A DNA stretch of 64,000 nt, taken from IMG/VR virus record IMGVR_UViG_3300043411_000942, positions 1 to 64,000 of that record; one strand, 5' to 3'. Both the position numbers and the translations under genes were made by a program. Shown here in pieces: positions 56,523 to 64,000 of the stretch; positions within the stretch are counted from its first letter, which is position 1; each line of letters begins with the position of its first letter. The notes below the pieces were generated by a model. The model did not search any database. It was not told the DNA's origin and was given only the letters and a program-made list of their open reading frames with translations.

Positions 56523-58210
56523 ATGAAGCCCGTCTATATTTGTAAGAACCTGAATGGTGATCGGCACTTTTGGTGCATTGCCGTTCAAGACTGGGTTCGA
56601 GAGGGTCAGGGGCATACCCCTACTCCGTACACTCAAAAAGAGGCAGAAACCGTTATTGGTTACTGGGCTGATCACTGGACTGATCAACGAGGTGCTTACA
56701 TCCTCGTTGATGACTCTGCCCCTGTTGAGCAGACCGAGCAAGCTATCCTCGTTCATGCCATCAAAAAGAACATCGAAGACATGCGAGTACAGGTAGCCCG
56801 ACTGGAGGCTATTGCGGACCTTGCCCGAGAGCTTGCTCACGGAAGACCTGTACACACAGAGGATTGCAAAACGGTAACCCTCTCTGAGATGGGGCGAGTT
56901 GAGCACGCAGCCCGAGACTATCAGGGTACGGACACCTCGGGTTGGAAAGAATCCAACTGCGACTGTAAGGCTGGGGAAACTTACCGGACCTTGAAGACCC
57001 TATGCGGCTAAACTTCAAGGTAGGTTTGAGGCCCATGCAGAAGTACTCCGTGTGTCAAGGGTCCACTCTTAAGGTAGGGGAAGTCATTACTATTCATAGT
57101 AATGGTACGTCTTTCAAGGTCATTGTAACAGGCATCCAAACACATACCGGAGGGGGCCAAGTCTACTTTGTAGGCCTTCTCACGGATGTAGGTTAAGCCT
57201 CACCCCACCCACTCCGTAGGTCTCAGTATGAACCACTCTCTTGATAAGGTCGGCACCCCCTGTCCCGTTTGCAAGCGGACCATCTGCTTGTTTGAGTTCT
57301 CCGGAATGGCACCCTACACTTACTGCTCAGAGTTCTGCGACATAGCCTCAGAGGCTCAGGTCAAGGAGTTCCAGAACGCCTCCCCAGGGGATTTTTGCCT
57401 GTACCCCTGCTGTTCCTGTGGGGCAGCTCTTGAGGATGAGTGGGCCCCCACCTCCTGCTGTAGCTCCTGTGACAGGACCGCACGAGCTGAGAATGCAATG
57501 AACCTGCTCAAGCAAGCCAAGAGCTTGATTAAGAACAGGCTCACGAGCAAGAAGGCTTATGACCTTGTGAAGAAAATCGAACTGGCTCTGGAGAAGGGGA
57601 TATGAGCGGCCTTAAAACAACTGCGGAAGAGCGCGCCAGGTTTCGAGGCGCTTACGAGACCTGCGGATTCAGTGATATACGAGAGATGAAGATCCTTCGG
57701 GACCTGGAAACGTGTATTGCAGTACTACAGGAAATTCAGAACGCTTCTCACGATCGTAATGGCTACGACATGACACGAGCGATCGAAAAGGCTCAAGCTC
57801 TTCTAGCCTCCCGATGAAAGCCTCCCGATGAATCTTACCAAGCACCTAGTTAGAGACGAGTCTGAGTTTCTAGCTCTCTTCAAGGATTGGGAGCTAGACG
57901 ACATTGAAACCCTCCTTGGGGTAGAGTTCGCGTTCACGGATGGCACGTTCTACAGTGACCATTGCGAGGATGAGGACTACGAAGACTCCCGCACCATCGA
58001 CTACTCCAAGTACCGGAAGGATGAAGCGGCAAGATTCCCAGTGTCCTACCCTGCTATCGCTACCCTCCTGCAAGGTACGCAAGGCACGTCACTCAAGGCC
58101 ATGATGCTCGTCTACCCATCGGATTTTGGGGTTGTCCCAGCTGTCCGGAGTCTGACTCTTGCTGAATTGTGGGACGTGGTACCTTCAGCTCCTAGTACGG
58201 ACATGACCAA

Positions 58211-58819
58211 GTGACTTGGCTAAAGGCCTGGGACGAGATCATCCGCCGAAGGCAAAACGAAAATCGCATCCTAAAGTATGGTCTCAGCTTTGTATTGGAA
58301 AGCCCTAGAATGAGAGTCTTCAAACAACCTGTATTCCTCGGTTCCTCGAAAGAGGAAAGCCTTCGCATCAAGGCTAAGCTCCACTCGCGGCTCGATGACG
58401 CCATTACGGCTCTAGGGAGCCTCCAGCTCTCACGTAAAGGTCCTGACGAAACCAAGCTCGACGCTGAGGCTCAGGACGACCTGGACGACGCCCTACTTGA
58501 CATCCAGACAGCTCTTGAGTACTCCAATTTAAGCAAGCATGCAATGCTACCTGAACGACCGCCTCTCACCCACGTAGCCTGCATTGATATGGAGGGACGT
58601 GTCTGGAGCCTCCCACGCCCCTTTAGGCATCACCATGTTCTAAAGAACATGCATGACTACGGAGCTAAGGCTGAAGAATCTCCAAGTAGTCAAGGCTTCC
58701 TTGACGATAACGGGCGCTACCTTAGAAGGTCTCAGGCCCTTGTAAACGCTGATCTTAATGGTCAGATCAAGGGTGGGAAGATCATCGGGGGCATGCTCAC
58801 CTCAGAGGACCTCTGGTAG
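58211..58819 (+). CDS. Hypothetical protein whose C-terminal domain is paralogous to 60249-60536
   Basis: RPPLTHVACIDMEGRVWSLP.P.RH...GFLD.NG.YL.R.QALV...LTSEDLW in both. Confidence 0.7.
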   Translation: MTWLKAWDEIIRRRQNENRILKYGLSFVLESPRMRVFKQPVFLGSSKEESLRIKAKLHSRLDDAITALGSLQLSRKGPDETKLDAEAQDDLDDALLDIQTALEYSNLSKHAMLPERPPLTHVACIDMEGRVWSLPRPFRHHHVLKNMHDYGAKAEESPSSQGFLDDNGRYLRRSQALVNADLNGQIKGGKIIGGMLTSEDLW

Positions 58820-60248
58820 CAACATGCTCTTCAAAGTAACCTGCATTCGCGCGGCTAACGTCGAAGTGAAGCCCCAATACCGAAGCTCACTCAAGTGTTC
58901 AGCAGCCTCCCCTGAGGAAGCCGCTAAGGCCTCCTTCGCGTTGGAGATGGACTCCTCCGTGCGAGTGTATGAGGTTGTAGACATGGATATCCTTAGGGCG
59001 CACTACATTGAATGTGGGAAGCAAGTCTACGTAAAGGAGGTAGCTCCTAGAATCTGGTTAAGTCTCCACTGGCCCCCTACGTAGGGTTCAGTATGAAGAA
59101 GGTTAAAGACATGAAGCAGGCTCTCTCCAAGGATGAGGCCATGCTCGTCAAGTACCGAGACTATCAGATCACTTTGGCCTCTGGTGGTTCCGTGGAGAAC
59201 CTTAAGGCCTCCGAGGTAGGTGGGATTATCCACCAACTTGAGCAGTGCATCGAGAACAAGAAGAAGCTCCTGGCTGCTTCCCTGTAAGCCCAAACTAAAG
59301 GGAGGTTAAGCCATGGCGGAGAATGAAACACAGGAGGAGCTGGGAGTTCGACTGGCCAACGAGGTCATTGACGAGCTTATCCAGGAAGAGCTAGCGGAGG
59401 CGCTAGCTGCCCTCAACGAGTTGCCCAGCCTGTGGCAGGCCATCGGCACAACGGCCGCCCATCTGCGGAGGTGTAAGCACGGCACTCCCGGCTTCAAGAA
59501 GTGGGACGCCGTTCTGACCAAGTTCCAGAACGATGCGCACGAAAAGACCTCGCTGGTTCGCATGGCCCTCAGGACTGCCAAACGCGGAAAGAGAAACAAG
59601 TAATGACTACACGAGTTGAAACGGTCATGTACTTTGGGAACCAACACAATATGATTCCCGTGTCTACCTACACTAGCCCCAATGGAGCTACACACACCTT
59701 TCGTGGTGGTAACTCAGAGAAGGTCTTGAAGGGCGTCCAGGCGATTGAGGACCTTCGTCTGTCCAAGTTCGAGCTTCAGATTCTTCGTACCCTCCTTGAC
59801 AACCTCTAACATGTGTCAAGCTAAGCGAGACCTTGAGGTAATCACCCTCAAGGGGATGGTTCAATACCATATCGTTATGGGGAACACCCGAATTGCATCC
59901 ACAAGTGTATGGCTCTCCCAGTGGGGCCCCTTGTTGCCCACTGGGAAGCTTGCGTGGGGTTGCACTCCTGAGTGCTCATCCTTGACAACCTTTAGCTGAC
60001 AGATAAACCCATGGAACTTTACGGCTGGTACTCAGTAAAACAGAATGCGGTTAGTGGGTATTGCGTGTACCTCCTCGATGGGACAGACACTCAAGTCCAT
60101 GTAACCGTAGTTTGCCGCAACGAGGGGCACCCTAACACTCAAGGGTGCAACTGGGATGACTACCGGTTTGTAGGTAGGGTGGGTGAGATTGTCACTTCAT
60201 TTGTAAAGCAAGGATATGGAAGCTACACCTACAACGCCTTCAACTTCT

Positions 60249-60536
60249 ATGCGAAACGATAGACCGCCTCTCACCCACGTAGCCTGCATTGATATGGAGG
60301 GGCGTGTCTGGAGTCTCCCAGCTCCCTGTAGACATCGGGATGTTCTCCGAGTCATGCGAGGGTTTGGAGCCGAGCCTAAGGAGGACGAGGAGGTTGAGGG
60401 TCGGTTTGAGGGGTTCCTTGACCAGAACGGTCAATACCTCACCCGAGTTCAAGCCCTTGTGAGTGCTGAGCTGAATAGTCAAATCAAGAGAGGTAAGATC
60501 TCCGGGCGAGTTCTCACCTCAGAAGACCTCTGGTAA
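60249..60536 (+). CDS. Hypothetical protein, paralog of the 58544-58819 domain
   Basis: Same motifs; 52-nt near-identical DNA at 58557-58608 and 60262-60313. Confidence 0.7.
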   Translation: MRNDRPPLTHVACIDMEGRVWSLPAPCRHRDVLRVMRGFGAEPKEDEEVEGRFEGFLDQNGQYLTRVQALVSAELNSQIKRGKISGRVLTSEDLW

Positions 60537-61038
60537 CCCCATGCTAATTGATCTAGACGTAGACTACAGTGGGCTTCTGAGCCGTGTGGATACCGGACGA
60601 TACCTCCTACTCGACTACATGGCGAAACACTACCTGTTGGATACCAATGGGTGGGAGGATGTGGACCTGTTGTGGCCGGAGTACAACCTCCCTACGGGGG
60701 AGGAGCGGCTAAAGGCCATGATGGCTAGCATGCAAAACAACACTTGGTTCGAGACCTACGGCTCCTGCGACTCACCCGACCAGTTTCTAACCACGGAGAC
60801 TGCTCGGAGGATTCAGGACTCACCCTGGCCACTTCTGGTTGTGTTTCAACACATGACTCGGGAATCCTGTGGTGGTTACCGCTGGCACAAGAACGGACCT
60901 TATATCGGAGTGAAGAAGCCTCATTACGAGCACCTTGCGGACGAGCCTGAGATCACGGAGATCTACCAATTTCACATTTACCGGAAGCTGGAGCAAAAAG
61001 CTAGTTAAAGCTCCAGGACTGCTTCTCGTAAGATAGAA

Positions 61039-61258
61039 TGAGAGGCCCGACCTACGTAGGTCAACATCTAGTGAGGGTGGCCACCTCACTGAATCTCAAG
61101 TATGGACTCGGTCCTACTTGAGATTAAACCCTCAACGAACGGAAAGAAGAAGTATGTGTATAATCGTGCGGAGGGAGTCCGCTGTAGAGAGTAAGTAGCC
61201 CCCCCCACCACAGGGGTACAATCTCGGGGTAGAGTTCCAAAAGGGACTCTACCTTTTT
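61039..61258 (+). ncRNA. Candidate structured RNA of about 220 nt with its own promoter and terminator
   Basis: Promoter 61005-61030; consecutive hairpins at 61049-61062, 61070-61090 and 61092-61125; only a 27-codon ORF; terminator 61228-61258. Confidence 0.6.
61228..61258 (+). terminator. Intrinsic terminator
   Basis: ggtagagttcc-aaaa-gggactctacc-ttttt. Confidence 0.85.
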
Positions 61259-61306
61259 GGTTCATTTTGTGGTTAAGCTGACCCCTGCATTCTCGTAAGT
61301 ATAGGT

Positions 61307-61486
61307 ATGAGCATCCACAAAGAATCCAAGCTAGTTGATGGGTGTATCCCGAGTGGGCAGCCTTGCCCATTCTCGGATGAGTGTAAGTTCAAGGTCGAGC
61401 GATGCCCAACCCCAGAAAACCTTAAGCCCAATGATTACTCATGTGCGGCTGCAAGGCTGTTTGACCTCATAAGGAAAAAGACCTGA
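61307..61486 (+). CDS. 59-aa Cys-rich hypothetical protein (below the ORF-track cutoff)
   Basis: ATG 9 nt after promoter 61273-61297; the stop overlaps the next ATG. Confidence 0.65.
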   Translation: MSIHKESKLVDGCIPSGQPCPFSDECKFKVERCPTPENLKPNDYSCAAARLFDLIRKKT

Positions 61487-62312
61487 TGCGTATTGTTGAC
61501 TCAGATCCGTTGGACCGAGAATTGATGGGCGTTATCATTCTGAACAAGAGTGAGGCGATTCAGATGGTTCACGACCTGGTGAACATGCTAGCTGACGCTC
61601 CAGGTGCTGGGAGCACAAGTTACGCCATATATCGAGCAAAATCGATGCCGATGGCCATGAGTCGTGTCGCATTTGCAATCAAAGATTCTAGTTAAGTCTC
61701 TCCCCACACAACCCGTAGGAGTTAGCATGCAAATGAACATGAACATGAAGGGCACCTTGGTCTTCATGCGAGACCTGGAGGAGGACGGGTACTTCCTCTG
61801 CTTCTGGGAGGGCAATAAGGTCTTCCGAGAGTTTCGCGTCACCCGAGCAGACGAGAGTCGATTCTTCTTTGAGGAGTGGGACACCTGGGAGACAGTTGAG
61901 GCTGCCCCCACCACCATTCAGGAGGCTGAGCGGGTGGCGAAAGAGGTCTACGCGACAGGTGAGAGATAAGACCAGAGGTCTTGATACTAAGCCTTGCATT
62001 GGTAAGGGTTGAACCAGTGATCTTCGAGCCAGGCTACTACTGGATCAAAGGTCATGGTGTCTGTAAGTACTCCCATGCCACTGGAGGGCTAGCTTACAAC
62101 ACTGGGGAGCCTACTCACGTTGTGAACCCCTACCAGTTCGATTCAAACAAATTTGAAGGGAACCTCTACATCGAAACTTCGGACATCACCAGACCAGCGT
62201 CTGAAAAAGAAGCCAAGTCGTACAAGGCAGCAGTTCGGAGAAAGCTCACGTCTTCAGGCGTGAAAAGAAAAAACTAGTTAAGGCCGTTACCCCAAAGGAC
62301 GTAGGTCTCTAC

Positions 62313-62426
62313 ATGAACTACGATGACTGGAAAGCGACGGACCCCCGAGACACTGACCGCGACTATGACCTCGAAGGAGAGGAAGACCACTTCGAGATCG
62401 AAAAAGACTACTCTGGTGAAGACTGA
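62313..62426 (+). CDS. 37-aa highly acidic peptide, paralog of 56409-56522 (not in the ORF track)
   Basis: MNYDDWKATDPRDTDRDYDLEGEEDHFEIEKDYSGED; ATG 9 nt after promoter 62278-62303. Confidence 0.75.
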   Translation: MNYDDWKATDPRDTDRDYDLEGEEDHFEIEKDYSGED

Positions 62427-62534
62427 TTCCGTGTGACCGTGTACTCCTGGGATACCCAACAGGTGACGGCTCTGCCTTAGGGAGCGTTAACAACGTCTAT
62501 TCAACCAACCCGGCACGGGTGTAGAGTATTGGGT

Positions 62535-62990
62535 AAGTGCTGACACCTCGGAAAGACGGGGAAATTTCTTAACTCCTACTGGCGAGACACGTTAAGTGTC
62601 GGGACACATGTGAACTAGAGTCACAGAACCAACGTAGGAGCTGTAGTCAACCTAGCAAGTCAAAACGTAGACTCCGGAAGGTAGCCAACCCTCTTCGGAC
62701 GAGTCAGACCCAAGTAGGATGGCGAAGGGTAAAGCCGAGAGGCGAGCAAAACCCATGCCCCGAATTTGCTGCGGGGCGCTTTTCTTACTTTGAGAGTTGA
62801 AATGCACATCCGTGACTGGGTTGCCGTAACCTGAGGGTCTCATCCTTCCTCTAGCCTCGGCAATTCGGAGCACACCCACAGGCCTGATGAACCTGGACGG
62901 TTCGGTTCAAACCCGTGTGTAATGGGACACTAGCTCCCACGTCATGTGCTAGGGTTACGGGTGTGCTTTTCAACTTTCCAAGTAACTACA
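62535..62990 (+). ncRNA. Large multi-domain structured RNA candidate (may be two or three separate RNAs)
   Basis: No credible plus-strand ORF. Junction 62573-62640; stem of about 30 bp pairing 62785-62816 with 62954-62985 and enclosing a multibranch core with a T-loop-like GGTTCAAACCC. Confidence 0.65.
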
Positions 62991-63005
62991 AGCACTTTTC
63001 TTCTT

Positions 63006-63112
63006 CATAGGTCTGGAAGCCAAGCGGTCTAGTTTGAGGAGACTGATCCTCTCTGTGAACTAGGACGTGGGGTCAACGCACGGGAAAACCTAGCCCTGCT
63101 TCCAGACCTATG
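63006..63112 (+). ncRNA. Structured RNA candidate closed by a perfect 15-bp stem
   Basis: cataggtctggaagc pairs with gcttccagacctatg; internal helices ctagtt/aactag, gagga/tcctc and cgtg/cacg. Confidence 0.6.
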
Positions 63113-63145
63113 GGGTAGGGGACTTCTTAACTACCGAGGATAAAA

Positions 63146-63337
63146 ATGAGAGATATAGTTGATTGGACCGAAATGACACCAGAAGAGGAGGCGGAGTTGG
63201 CGGACAGAAGAATGAGGACGTGCCAGGCATGCATGGGCTTTGGTGGCCACGGAATCTCCGGCACAGCTCAGTGGTCCGAATGCTCCGCATGTGGCGGTAC
63301 TGGGGCACGACGCTCATCTAAGCACGGGAAAACCTAG
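63146..63337 (+). CDS. Small protein with two DnaJ-type CxxCxGxG zinc motifs
   Basis: CQACMGFG and CSACGGTG; GAGG SD. Confidence 0.6.
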   Translation: MRDIVDWTEMTPEEEAELADRRMRTCQACMGFGGHGISGTAQWSECSACGGTGARRSSKHGKT

Positions 63338-63408
63338 CCCTGCTTTCAGACTTGGTTCTTTTGTCTATTGTAGTTAAAGACACCTCCAAGCCGTACGTAG
63401 GTCTCTAT

Positions 63409-63651
63409 ATGAACGACTCAAGCTACCTCGCTCTCTGGCAAGCTGGAAACAACGAGGGGGACGGCTACATCCCCGACTTCGGAGGCGATGACGTGCATGC
63501 AGCTGCCGCAGCCTATGAGGGTGAGGGGGCCACCGTGATCCACTGGTCTACCACGGACGATGACGTGACGGTTCTGGACTACTACGGTGTAATGATCGCC
63601 ATTGGGGACGCTCACGGTCCTTGGGCTGTCACGATCGACCGGGGTATCTAA
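63409..63651 (+). CDS. Acidic hypothetical protein
   Basis: ATG 9 nt after promoter 63374-63399. Confidence 0.65.
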   Translation: MNDSSYLALWQAGNNEGDGYIPDFGGDDVHAAAAAYEGEGATVIHWSTTDDDVTVLDYYGVMIAIGDAHGPWAVTIDRGI

Positions 63652-63737
63652 CCATGCGCTACATTGGAAAACGACGAAAGCTTCGTCAGTGGGTGGTTTG
63701 AGTTAAACTTCCTAGACAACTCTTCGTAGGTACAGAC

Positions 63738-64000
63738 ATGAACACCTCCTCTAAGATTACGGTTGGCTCCTCGGTGAAGATCCTGAAGGGCTGTAAGGCT
63801 AGGAACGTTTCCGTGGGGTCTGCTACGATCAAGGACGTGACCGAGCTGGGGAAGGATTACGGTTACTCCGTACGGGTCCTCCTCGCCTACAATGGACGGC
63901 TTATCGCTTTCTACGCGAGGCACCCTAACCGGCTGGCTGACCCTCAGGTTAGCCTCAACGATGGGAACCCCCTCCACAACATCAAGATTTGCCTTTCTTA
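63738..64000 (+). CDS. Hypothetical protein, runs off the window end
   Basis: ATG 9 nt after promoter 63703-63728; open to the end of the window. Confidence 0.6.
   Translation, partial: MNTSSKITVGSSVKILKGCKARNVSVGSATIKDVTELGKDYGYSVRVLLAYNGRLIAFYARHPNRLADPQVSLNDGNPLHNIKICLS

Noticed and set aside
62665-62690. SRP RNA domain IV (TCCGGAAGGTAGC)
   Set aside because: The upstream CAGG and downstream GCAG of the SRP internal loop are absent, and an alternative pairing exists.
62727-62770. Complete c-di-GMP-I riboswitch
   Set aside because: Only the P2-like arm resembles it; I cannot see the P3 receptor arm or a downstream gene.
62884-62914. Hammerhead ribozyme (CTGATGA present)
   Set aside because: There is no GAAA after the following stem (TCAAAC instead), and CTGATGA fits better as a hairpin loop.
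63020-63100. Pistol ribozyme (AAGCG, AGCCCT and CGTG/CACG fragments)
   Set aside because: The elements are not in the required order and the pseudoknot partner is imperfect.
1-64000. Stop-codon reassignment
   Set aside because: Known enzymes are full length in code 11, and TAG, TGA and TAA all end genes at coupled junctions.

Overview
A 64-kb segment of a large (jumbo-type) dsDNA bacteriophage genome, densely packed with short hypothetical ORFs and read in the standard genetic code. No capsid, tail, terminase, polymerase or sigma gene is recognisable in the window. Recognisable genes: a GT51 peptidoglycan transglycosylase, a dsRNA-binding-domain protein, a DUF262 protein, aspartate carbamoyltransferase (pyrB), two J-domain proteins, a secreted esterase/TSP/CBM lipoprotein (myxobacterial-looking, so a Myxococcota host is a tentative inference), two nucleoside-deoxyribosyltransferase-like proteins, a nucleoside hydrolase, a P-loop kinase, an ATP-grasp protein, a SNF2 helicase with a PD-(D/E)XK nuclease, a degenerate GyrB-like ATPase domain, an ABC/AAA ATPase and an ADP-ribosyltransferase-like protein. 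The most striking signals are non-coding. (1) About 31 copies of a bipartite promoter-like element, TTAA-N17/18-CGT(A/T); 20 of them lie exactly 9 nt before an ATG, which suggests leaderless expression. (2) A set of structured RNA candidates at 54.3-55.3 kb and 61.0-63.1 kb: two copies of an unrecognised covarying motif flanking a non-canonical tRNA-like element, a promoter- and terminator-bounded RNA of about 220 nt, and a multi-domain RNA of about 450 nt. (3) Two oppositely oriented AGACTA repeat clusters. All structures were paired by eye, and no database search was possible.
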